From assembly GCA_964547875.1 (NCBI GenBank), contig CAZJPE010000001.1:176703-240702 (forward strand): DNA of 64,000 bases, given 5' to 3'. The notes below the pieces were generated by a model. That model ran no database searches and had not been told where the DNA came from. It saw nothing but the letters and a program-made list of their open reading frames with translations. The position numbers and the translations under genes were made by a program. Source of the stretch: Candidatus Woesearchaeota archaeon. GTDB lineage: Archaea; Nanobdellota; Nanobdellia; Pacearchaeales; GW2011-AR1. Positions 37,756 through 45,351 of this stretch are shown here, in pieces; positions within the stretch are counted from its first letter, which is position 1, and each line of letters starts with the position of its first letter.

Positions 37756-38003
37756 AGAATAAAATAAACATATACGAAATACTATTTTGGATATTTTTTA
37801 TAATTGCAATTATAATGATTTTATGGTATGTCTTTGGCGATAGCCCAACAATTGAACAAACATTATTGATTTTGATAATTACTTTTTTATTCAAGATACA
37901 GGCTGATGTAGTTTATAATATGTCTGAGATAAAGATTCTTAAGAGCAGTTTTATTAGATTGGCTGGAGATTTTAAAGAACATATAAAACAAACTAAAAGA
38001 TAA
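37752..38003 (+). CDS. Small membrane protein
   Basis: 83 aa. N-terminus MKNKINIYEILFWIFFIIAIIMILW. Confidence 0.5.
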   Translation: MKNKINIYEILFWIFFIIAIIMILWYVFGDSPTIEQTLLILIITFLFKIQADVVYNMSEIKILKSSFIRLAGDFKEHIKQTKR

Positions 38004-38021
38004 TTTAGAAAAGAGGATGAG

Positions 38022-38744
38022 ATGAAAAAAGAATTCTGGAAAGATTGGAAAAGAAAAACATCTATAGAGAAAAAAGCAATTGAAGCGGTAAAAAGAGCAA
38101 GAGAGTTAATTATAAGAGCAATTCCCAAGAAAAAACTCGTAGCTATTTATATCAAGGGAAGTTTTATAAGAAGAGAGATGAAAAGAGGAAGCGACGTTGA
38201 TATAGTTCCTATAGTAGCTGAAAACAAGTATGAAAAACCTATATTTGAATTGAATAAACCTGAAATTACGCCATGCGTAATCGTTCCTTTATCACTTTGG
38301 GAATTAAAAAATAATAAATTGTTCACTAAAAACAATTCTCCTAGAGCAAGACCAGATAGATTTATTAAATACCTAAGCCATTATAAGCTAATTTATGGAA
38401 AAGCCCTAAATACAACTAATTTTAAAATCAGAACAGATGAAGAAAGCTTTAAGGCTCTTATCAAAGCATTCAAAAAATCTTTTATCCCATTATACGAAAA
38501 AGGAAAGCTTGGATTTTCTGGAATAATAAAAGAAACATTCTGGCTAACTGAATTAGAGCAAAGAATTAAATTAATAATTCCAATCTTTTCGTTTAGAGGA
38601 GTATCTAAATCAATTAGAGACAAAAATCATATAGTTCATGATGCTTGGAAATTGAGATTACATAAAACAAAAGACAAAAGAAAGAGAAAAGCATTTATTA
38701 TTAAGTTAAAGAAACATCTTAAGCGATTGGAAGAATTAAATTAG
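38022..38744 (+). CDS. Pol-beta-fold nucleotidyltransferase domain protein
   Basis: VAIYIKGSFIRREMKRGSDVDIVPIV. Confidence 0.65.
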   Translation: MKKEFWKDWKRKTSIEKKAIEAVKRARELIIRAIPKKKLVAIYIKGSFIRREMKRGSDVDIVPIVAENKYEKPIFELNKPEITPCVIVPLSLWELKNNKLFTKNNSPRARPDRFIKYLSHYKLIYGKALNTTNFKIRTDEESFKALIKAFKKSFIPLYEKGKLGFSGIIKETFWLTELEQRIKLIIPIFSFRGVSKSIRDKNHIVHDAWKLRLHKTKDKRKRKAFIIKLKKHLKRLEELN

Positions 38745-38855
38745 CACATTTAGCGCTAATTGTTAGACACGCTCTGGAAATCGGAAGCCTTATAAATATT
38801 TGCGTAAAATATATCTAATTTAATACCAAAAAGGAAGTCGGCAAAAGCTTTTTAA

Positions 38856-38863
38856 GGGGGGGG
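38856..38863 (+). repeat. G8 homopolymer between TATA-like element and start codon of a secreted protein gene
   Basis: Read directly: ctttttaaGGGGGGGGcgtagataaggtATG. It is the longest G/C run I noticed in the window. Confidence 0.9.
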
Positions 38864-38875
38864 CGTAGATAAGGT

Positions 38876-40378
38876 ATGATGAAAAGAATCTTTTTACCAA
38901 TTAGTTTAATTATCTTAGTTGGATTTTTAGGTTTAGTAATTGCTTCAGAAATTGAGAGCGGCGTACCAATATACAAGGGATGGAATCTTATTTATGGATT
39001 TACTCCTAACTCATTAGATGGACAGGCATTTGAATTTAGCCATATAAAAGCAATATATTCTTATGTTCCTCAAGAAGGTAGGTATGTTAGACTTTTTCCA
39101 AGACCAGAAAATTCTATAGTGGATAAGTATGGTGATAGTTATTTTGAGAAGCAAGTTAATTGGGTTTACTCAGATGTTTCAGATACCTCATCACGAACAG
39201 AATATTGGCTTGAGGAACCGCTTCCTATAGGCGAGACTACTTTAGTTTCTGGTTGGAATTTTGTTAGAGTTACTCCTGACATGTTTTATGAGAAAGATGG
39301 AACTGAGGTTTTTTCTTGGAATTCTATAAAGGGAAGTTGTATTATACAAAGAGTTTATGCTTGGAATCCAGAAACTCAAGATTGGATGCAAATATCTCCT
39401 TCAGAAGAGTCTTTTGATTTTGATGATTTTCTTATGATGGGGATGGCTGTAAGAGTGTCAAATAATTGCAAATTAGAATTTTTAATTATTAGTCCGCCGT
39501 CTTTACCTATTATTGAGGAAGAGTCCACAGACGAAGATACAGAGGAAGAGTCCACTGATGACAACACAATAGAATCTACTTATTTTCCGAAAACAATTTC
39601 AACTTATTCACTTTATGATTCAGGAGAAGAACCTGAAGAATGTATTGACGATGGCTCTTTATGCGCTGAGGGATTAAGGGGAGAATATAGAGATTCTGCT
39701 ACAAATAGCGTAGTCTTTGTTGGGCTATGGGATATTGATGTGACGGATGCTACAAAGGGCAGTGAAGAAGCGCAACTTAAAGAATATTTTGCTTCTTCAT
39801 TTGACGAAGATAGTGATGGGACTTTAGATTCTATATTGATTGGCTCTAATAAGCTGTATCGTTTAGAAGATCATGAATTATTTTGGTTTACAGGCAAGGA
39901 TTTTCCTCCTTTGATATTTACTCAAGAGGGCAGTCTTCATTTAAGAGAAGAGGGAAGTTACGATTTCACTTATGGAACTGCGACTGGAGATAATGCGGTA
40001 ACTAAGAAGTTTTTATCACTTTATCCTTCTAAAGAAGTGGAAGATGCTACGCAGTTTGTAAGTGCCTGTGTTACTAATGCGCCTTTCAATTGCAAGGATT
40101 ATACTATCGGGACAAACGCAATTAATCTGAATATTGGGAATGGCGGAGGAGAATTTTTTGTAATTGACCAAGTTAAAATAACTATCAATGAAAAGATTTG
40201 CTCAACTTCTTCTGCTTGGACACTTGGCCCTAATACATCACATAGTTTTATACTTTCCTGCAATAATGCTCTTACGCTTGGAGCAAATATAGATGGTGAC
40301 ATTGCAATTATGTATCATAAATCAGGCAGTAATATAAAACTAGTATCTACGGGCGCAATTAAGGGCCAAGTTTATTGA
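38876..40378 (+). CDS. Secreted/surface protein with signal peptide and acidic linker
   Basis: MMKRIFLPISLIILVGFLGLVIA signal-like N-terminus and an EEESTDEDTEEESTDDN linker. Confidence 0.6.
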   Translation: MMKRIFLPISLIILVGFLGLVIASEIESGVPIYKGWNLIYGFTPNSLDGQAFEFSHIKAIYSYVPQEGRYVRLFPRPENSIVDKYGDSYFEKQVNWVYSDVSDTSSRTEYWLEEPLPIGETTLVSGWNFVRVTPDMFYEKDGTEVFSWNSIKGSCIIQRVYAWNPETQDWMQISPSEESFDFDDFLMMGMAVRVSNNCKLEFLIISPPSLPIIEEESTDEDTEEESTDDNTIESTYFPKTISTYSLYDSGEEPEECIDDGSLCAEGLRGEYRDSATNSVVFVGLWDIDVTDATKGSEEAQLKEYFASSFDEDSDGTLDSILIGSNKLYRLEDHELFWFTGKDFPPLIFTQEGSLHLREEGSYDFTYGTATGDNAVTKKFLSLYPSKEVEDATQFVSACVTNAPFNCKDYTIGTNAINLNIGNGGGEFFVIDQVKITINEKICSTSSAWTLGPNTSHSFILSCNNALTLGANIDGDIAIMYHKSGSNIKLVSTGAIKGQVY

Positions 40379-40380
40379 AT

Positions 40381-40575
40381 ATGAAAACAAAAGGAGATGA
40401 TAAAAAAGGGAGTGCTTGGATTTGGATTTTAGTAATTGTTATTTTAATTGTTATTGGAATTGTGATTTATATGGCAGTTTCCGGCAGTTTTGTTCCAAAA
40501 CCGCCTGCTTTGCCTGATGCTGGCGGCGCTGCTTCTGGCAGTTCAATACCGGCGCCACCTGGATTGCCTAAGTAG
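40381..40575 (+). CDS. Small single-pass membrane protein with Pro-rich tail
   Basis: WIWILVIVILIVIGIVIYMAV, then PKPPALPDAGG...PAPPGLPK. The ATG at 40381 follows track TTG 40375. Confidence 0.45.
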   Translation: MKTKGDDKKGSAWIWILVIVILIVIGIVIYMAVSGSFVPKPPALPDAGGAASGSSIPAPPGLPK

Positions 40576-40638
40576 TAAGAATTGTTTTTTATAAGAAAAA
40601 TAGATTCGAGTATTCAAAATATAGCTATGGTTTCTTAA

Positions 40639-40654
40639 AAAACCATATGGTTTT
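40639..40654. promoter_or_regulatory. Perfect 16-bp palindrome AAAACCATATGGTTTT (plus extra ATGGTTT half-site at 40627-40633) abutting promoter of the MNT/HEPN/PRTase operon
   Basis: Read directly. It ends 2 nt before the promoter motif at 40656-40670. Confidence 0.6.
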
Positions 40655-40655
40655 A

Positions 40656-40670
40656 GAAAGATTTATATAG
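40656..40670 (+). promoter_or_regulatory. Consensus promoter motif gaaagatttatatag
   Basis: ATG at 40691 lies about 24 nt downstream. Confidence 0.5.
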
Positions 40671-40690
40671 TTTCTATTGATACCATTAAT

Positions 40691-41257
40691 ATGAAAATAA
40701 AAGAAGTTAATTTGGACAGCAATGAACCTTATTTGAAAGTAATGAGATGGTTTTTCTCTTTTCCAGAGAGAAAAATAGGGCTAAATGACTTAATAAAAGA
40801 AGTCCATATATCTAAAACTACAGCGAATAAAGTTATTAACAGGCTGGAGAAGGAAGGCTTCTTAATAAAGGAAGTTATCGGCAAGGCATGGAGAATTAGT
40901 TGTAACCAAAAACATCAATATAATATAACCAAGAAGATATGTTATAATCTTGAATTGATTTATGAGTCTGGGATAATAAAAGAGATAGATAAAAAATATA
41001 AGCCCAAATCTATAATATTATTTGGTAGTTATAGAAAAGGAGATGATAATGAAAAAAGTGATATTGATATTGCAGTTGAGATTGTTTCTAATATTGGATT
41101 AAGAATTGAAGAATTTGGAATATTAGAGAAATTTGGATTTAGGAAAAATGTGAAGATTAATGTTCATATGTTTTCAAGAAAAAAGATAAACAATAATCTT
41201 TTTTCAAATATCGCTAATGGAATCATTCTCGATGGGTTTTTGGAGGTTAAACAATGA
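40691..41257 (+). CDS. Winged-helix-like domain fused to minimal nucleotidyltransferase (MNT)
   Basis: N-terminal GLNDLIKEVHISKTTANKVINRLEKEGFLIK. NTase motif IILFGSYRKGDDNEKSDIDIAVE. Confidence 0.8.
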   Translation: MKIKEVNLDSNEPYLKVMRWFFSFPERKIGLNDLIKEVHISKTTANKVINRLEKEGFLIKEVIGKAWRISCNQKHQYNITKKICYNLELIYESGIIKEIDKKYKPKSIILFGSYRKGDDNEKSDIDIAVEIVSNIGLRIEEFGILEKFGFRKNVKINVHMFSRKKINNNLFSNIANGIILDGFLEVKQ

Positions 41258-41646
41258 GGCAGAGAATTCCTGATAAAGAAAAGGCAAAAAGCTTGATTGC
41301 ATCTGCAAAAAAAGATTATGAATATACTTTAACTTTAGAAGTAAATGATAATTCTGCAAATACTATAATTAGAAATATTTATGAATCTTTTAGGATGTTG
41401 GGAGAATCTCTGCTAACTATAAAAGGAATTGAATTTACGGAGCATATTGAATGTATCAAGGAATTAATTAATTTAGATATAAAAACAAAGAGGCCAGCCC
41501 AGATTTTGGATTATTTGAGAAAAACAAGGCATAGAATCAACTATTATGGATATATTGCTAAAAAAGAAGAAGCAGAAGAAATTATTTCAATAGCTAAAGA
41601 CTTCTTTTTGGAATTTTATAAGGAGGTTGAAAAGAGGGCGAGATGA
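41254..41646 (+). CDS. HEPN-like helical protein
   Basis: 130 aa, all-helical, with an LRKTRHRINYYGY region resembling the HEPN R-x-H/Y motif zone. ATGA overlap with the MNT stop, and GGAGG upstream. Confidence 0.65.
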   Translation: MRQRIPDKEKAKSLIASAKKDYEYTLTLEVNDNSANTIIRNIYESFRMLGESLLTIKGIEFTEHIECIKELINLDIKTKRPAQILDYLRKTRHRINYYGYIAKKEEAEEIISIAKDFFLEFYKEVEKRAR

Positions 41647-42143
41647 AAATTCAAGCTGAATTAAAGAAGAGAATGAAAGAGGATAGTGGATATTTAATTA
41701 CGGCATATCCCAAATTATATAGAAAAGTCATAAGTGCTATGATAAAACCATTTAAAAACAAGGATATTGATAAAATAATGTCTCCGGAAATGAAAGGTAT
41801 GCTCTTTGGACCTGTTGTTGCATTTAAAATGAATTTGCCCTTTGTGAGTATTGTAAAAGGTGGAAGAATTCCAAAGAAATTTATATTGAGTAGAACTTTC
41901 AAAGATTATACCAATAATACAAAAACGCTTAATATCGCTAAAATTACTGTAAATAGAGGAGATAAGATACTTCTAGTGGATGATGTTTTTGAGAGCGGAA
42001 AATCTGGAAAAGCAATAATAAAAATGATAGAGAAACTAGGAGGAAAAGTCGTTGGTATCTCACTAGTCTATAATAAATTAAATGAAAAGAATGAGAATTT
42101 TTTTAAGAAATATAATTTTCATTATTGTGTAAAAATGAAATAG
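41643..42143 (+). CDS. Type I phosphoribosyltransferase, adenine-PRTase-like
   Basis: IDKIMSPEMKGMLFGPVVAFKMNLPFVSIVKGGRIP...GDKILLVDDVFESGKSGKAIIKMIEKLGGKV (PRPP-binding loop). ATGA overlap with the HEPN stop. Confidence 0.8.
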   Translation: MKIQAELKKRMKEDSGYLITAYPKLYRKVISAMIKPFKNKDIDKIMSPEMKGMLFGPVVAFKMNLPFVSIVKGGRIPKKFILSRTFKDYTNNTKTLNIAKITVNRGDKILLVDDVFESGKSGKAIIKMIEKLGGKVVGISLVYNKLNEKNENFFKKYNFHYCVKMK

Positions 42144-42157
42144 TCTGAGGTAATAAG

Positions 42158-42259
42158 ATGAAAAACTTAGAAATTGCCAAGATTCTTTATGAAATAGCAG
42201 ACATGCTTGAGATAAAAGGAGTGGAATTCAAAGATATAAAAGAGAGACGATTACGATAG
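42158..42259 (+). pseudogene. 5' fragment of a polX gene (33 codons; first 25 homologous to 43564-43638)
   Basis: MKNLEIAKILYEIADMLEIKGVEFK versus PolX MKNLEIAKILYEIADMLEIQGVAFK. 64/75 nt identical, and 7 of 9 changed codons are synonymous. Confidence 0.8.
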
Positions 42260-42300
42260 GTTTATAAATTACTAGTAATTATTAATAATAACTTTAAGTC

Positions 42301-42333
42301 CCCAGTATGACCTCTTCATGAGGGAATGCTGGG
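42301..42333 (+). other. Imperfect 14-bp-arm hairpin CCCAGTATGACCTC-ttcat-GAGGGAATGCTGGG followed by T-rich tract
   Basis: 12 of 14 positions pair. The following sequence is tttaatattttattttt. Possibly a terminator or RNA element at the cassette boundary. Confidence 0.4.
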
Positions 42334-42386
42334 TTTAATATTTTATTTTTACAAATATTTATAATCTTATTTTCTAATTGAATTAT

Positions 42387-43064
42387 ATGAAAAAGCCAAA
42401 AGCCATTATTTTCTTTGATGCAAATAACTGGTATCATAATGTAAAGAACATGGTAAAGCCAAGCGATATTGATATAAGAAAGATTGCAAACTTAATATGT
42501 TCTGCTAATGAATACGAATTAGAAGGAGTAAGATGGTATGTATCAACTCCAAGCATAAAAGATGGGGAAGCAATGTATTATCGTCATATGTCTTTCTTAT
42601 CACATTTAGAGAAGCAAGGAATTAAAGTTGTTACAAGAAAACTTCAGAGATTATCTAATAAAGAGGTACAGGAAAAGAAAAAAGAACTGATTGATTCATT
42701 GGGGTTTTGTAAAGTTTGTAAACCATTAGCAGAAGAGAACTTTCTTGAATTAGCTGATATGAAAAGAAAGGAAAAAGGAATAGACGTCTGGATTGCAATT
42801 GATATGATTAGAAAATTAATAATAGAAAATAAGTGTGATGTCTGTATTTTGATATCCGGAGATGCTGATTTTGTTCCAGCCTTAGAATTAATTAAGGAAA
42901 GCGGAAAAGAGATATTAAGCTCTTTTGTCCCAATTGGTTATTCTTATGAATTAAGAAGCAAATTCAAATATTTCTTTCTAGGTAAGAACAATATAATAAG
43001 TTGTTTAAAGGGTTATAAGCAGACCAAGAAGGAGAAAAATAATAGTGAAAAGAGGCTGAAATGA
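42387..43064 (+). CDS. NYN/LabA-like domain protein (PIN-like nuclease fold)
   Basis: KAIIFFDANNWYHNV...GIDVWIAIDMI...ILISGDADFVPALELIKESGKEI. The ATG at 42387 follows track TTG 42378. Confidence 0.8.
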   Translation: MKKPKAIIFFDANNWYHNVKNMVKPSDIDIRKIANLICSANEYELEGVRWYVSTPSIKDGEAMYYRHMSFLSHLEKQGIKVVTRKLQRLSNKEVQEKKKELIDSLGFCKVCKPLAEENFLELADMKRKEKGIDVWIAIDMIRKLIIENKCDVCILISGDADFVPALELIKESGKEILSSFVPIGYSYELRSKFKYFFLGKNNIISCLKGYKQTKKEKNNSEKRLK

Positions 43065-43567
43065 AATTCAAAACAAAAAACTTTATTTTAAGACCGCCCA
43101 AAAAGGGTGATGAAGGTAGCTTATGGGAGAATTATAATGAACCCCAAGTTATTAGAAGTTTTGTAACAAATCCTACAGAGAAGCAATTTAAATCTGATTT
43201 TAAAAAAGGACTAAAAAATCAAGAAAAAGATGCAGAAAGATTTGTTATCGAAATTGATGGAAAAGCTGTTGGGAAAATAAATATAAAACTCTTTGATCCT
43301 TATAATAAGACAAAGGCGAAAATAGGATATTGGATAGGGAAGAAGTATCGTGGAAAGGGAATTGTTACTGAAGTAATTAAATTAGCTGTTCCTTATTGGA
43401 TGAAAAAATATAAATTAAAAAGAGTTGAAGCAAGAGCGAGAACCTATAACAAAGCTTCAGCGAGAGTGCTTGAAAAAGCTGGTTTTGAGTTGGAAGGAAT
43501 TTTAAGAAAGAATGTTCTTAAAGATGGAAAATTGTATGACGATTTTCTCTATGCGAGGCTGAAATGA
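43061..43567 (+). CDS. GNAT-family N-acetyltransferase (RimJ/RimL-like)
   Basis: GYWIGKKYRGKGIVTEVIKLAVPYWMKKYKLKRVEARARTYNKASARVLEKAGFELEG. Confidence 0.85.
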   Translation: MKFKTKNFILRPPKKGDEGSLWENYNEPQVIRSFVTNPTEKQFKSDFKKGLKNQEKDAERFVIEIDGKAVGKINIKLFDPYNKTKAKIGYWIGKKYRGKGIVTEVIKLAVPYWMKKYKLKRVEARARTYNKASARVLEKAGFELEGILRKNVLKDGKLYDDFLYARLK

Positions 43568-45276
43568 AAAACCTAGAAATTGCGAAAATCCTTTATGAAA
43601 TAGCAGACATGCTTGAAATACAGGGAGTTGCGTTCAAGCCGAGGGCTTATCAACGAGCAGCTCGGGCTATTGAAAGTCTGTCAGAGGACATAGAAAAGAT
43701 TTACAAGAGAGGCGAATTGACGAGCATTCCTGGAGTTGGCGAGCATATTGCAGAGAAGATTTCTGAATTTCTTGAGACTGGAAAGCTGAAATATTATGAT
43801 GATTTGAAGAAGAAAATGCCGATAAAAGTTGAGGAGCTGACAGGCGTTTCAGGGATAGGGCCAAAGAGGATTATGACATTGTACAAAAAACTTGGGGTGA
43901 AAAATTTGAAAGATTTGCAGAAAGCTGCTGAAAAGCATAAAATCCAGAAGATAGAGGGATTTGGAGAAAAGGTTGAAGAGGACATACTTAAGGGCATTGA
44001 ATTCGCCAAGAAGAAAACAGGAAGATTTTTGCTGGGCTATATCATGCCTCTTGCAGAAGAAATTAAAGATAATATCGCCAAGCTGAAGAGCGTTAAAAAA
44101 GTGGAGATAGCTGGCTCTTACAGGAGAAGAAAAGAGACTGTTGGAGATATTGATATTTTAGTTACTTCTAATAAGCCAAAAGATGTAATGGATTATATTA
44201 TTAAAATGCAGGATGTTGATGCGGTTTTAGCGCATGGAATTACAAAATCAATGATAAAATTAAAAAATGGCTTGGAAGTTGATGTAAGAGTTTTAGACGA
44301 GAAAGAATATGGAAGCGCATTGCAGTATTTTACAGGGAACAAAGAGCATAATATTGCTTTAAGGAACATTGCACTGAAAAAAGGATATAGTTTAAGCGAG
44401 TATGGCTTGTTCAAACTAAAGGGGAAAAAATGGATTGCTGGAAGAGCGGAAAAAGACATTTATCAAAAACTTGGATTACAATACATAGAGCCTGAGATGA
44501 GAGAGAATAATGGCGAGATTGAATTGGCTTTGAAGAAGAAATTGCCCGGCCTTATTAATTATGGGGATGTTAAAGGAGATTTGCAGATGCATAGCGAATG
44601 GAGTGACGGAAGCAATACAATTGAAGAAATGGCTTCTGAAGCCAAGAAATTAGGAATGAAATTTATTGCGATTACAGATCATGTTGGACAATTGGCAATT
44701 GCGCATCCTTTAAATAAAAAAAGGCTTGAGAAACAGAGCAAAATTATTGACAAATTAAATGACAAGCTGAATATCAGAATTTTTAAGGGAGCTGAAGTTG
44801 ATATATTAAAAGACGGAAAATTAGCTCTTGATAGGAAAATGCAGGATGAGCTGGATATTGTGCTTGCAGCTGTTCATTCTGGCTTTAAGATGAGCGAGGG
44901 AGAGATGACTGCAAGAATATGCAAAGCGCTAGAGAATGATAGAGTTCATATTTTTGCGCATCCAACTGGAAGGTTATTACAGCAGAGAGAGCATTACGCT
45001 GTGAATTTTGAGAAACTCTTTGAAACTGCAAAGCAGAACGATGTTTTTTTGGAGATTAATTGCTATCCTGAAAGGATGGACTTAAATGGGGGGCTTATAA
45101 AATCTGCAAAAGAAAGCGGTTGCAAGTTCAGCATTGGCACAGATTCTCATAATAAAGAGCATTTAAAATATTTGAAATTAGGAGTTTCTTTGGCAAGGCG
45201 AGGCTGGCTTGAGGCAAGGGATGTTTTAAACACATTCAATGCAAAGATGATTGAGAGGGTTTTGAGAAGGAAGTAG
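43564..45276 (+). CDS. polX: Family X DNA polymerase with C-terminal PHP domain
   Basis: HhH motifs, GSYRRRKETVGDIDILV, and PHP DLQMHSEWSDG...HP...GTDSH. Confidence 0.92.
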   Translation: MKNLEIAKILYEIADMLEIQGVAFKPRAYQRAARAIESLSEDIEKIYKRGELTSIPGVGEHIAEKISEFLETGKLKYYDDLKKKMPIKVEELTGVSGIGPKRIMTLYKKLGVKNLKDLQKAAEKHKIQKIEGFGEKVEEDILKGIEFAKKKTGRFLLGYIMPLAEEIKDNIAKLKSVKKVEIAGSYRRRKETVGDIDILVTSNKPKDVMDYIIKMQDVDAVLAHGITKSMIKLKNGLEVDVRVLDEKEYGSALQYFTGNKEHNIALRNIALKKGYSLSEYGLFKLKGKKWIAGRAEKDIYQKLGLQYIEPEMRENNGEIELALKKKLPGLINYGDVKGDLQMHSEWSDGSNTIEEMASEAKKLGMKFIAITDHVGQLAIAHPLNKKRLEKQSKIIDKLNDKLNIRIFKGAEVDILKDGKLALDRKMQDELDIVLAAVHSGFKMSEGEMTARICKALENDRVHIFAHPTGRLLQQREHYAVNFEKLFETAKQNDVFLEINCYPERMDLNGGLIKSAKESGCKFSIGTDSHNKEHLKYLKLGVSLARRGWLEARDVLNTFNAKMIERVLRRK

Positions 45277-45351
45277 ATAGCTACGATGTTATTATCAAAG
45301 ATTTAAAAGCAAATGAATAATTTTAATAAGGTAATTTAGCCTATTTTATTT

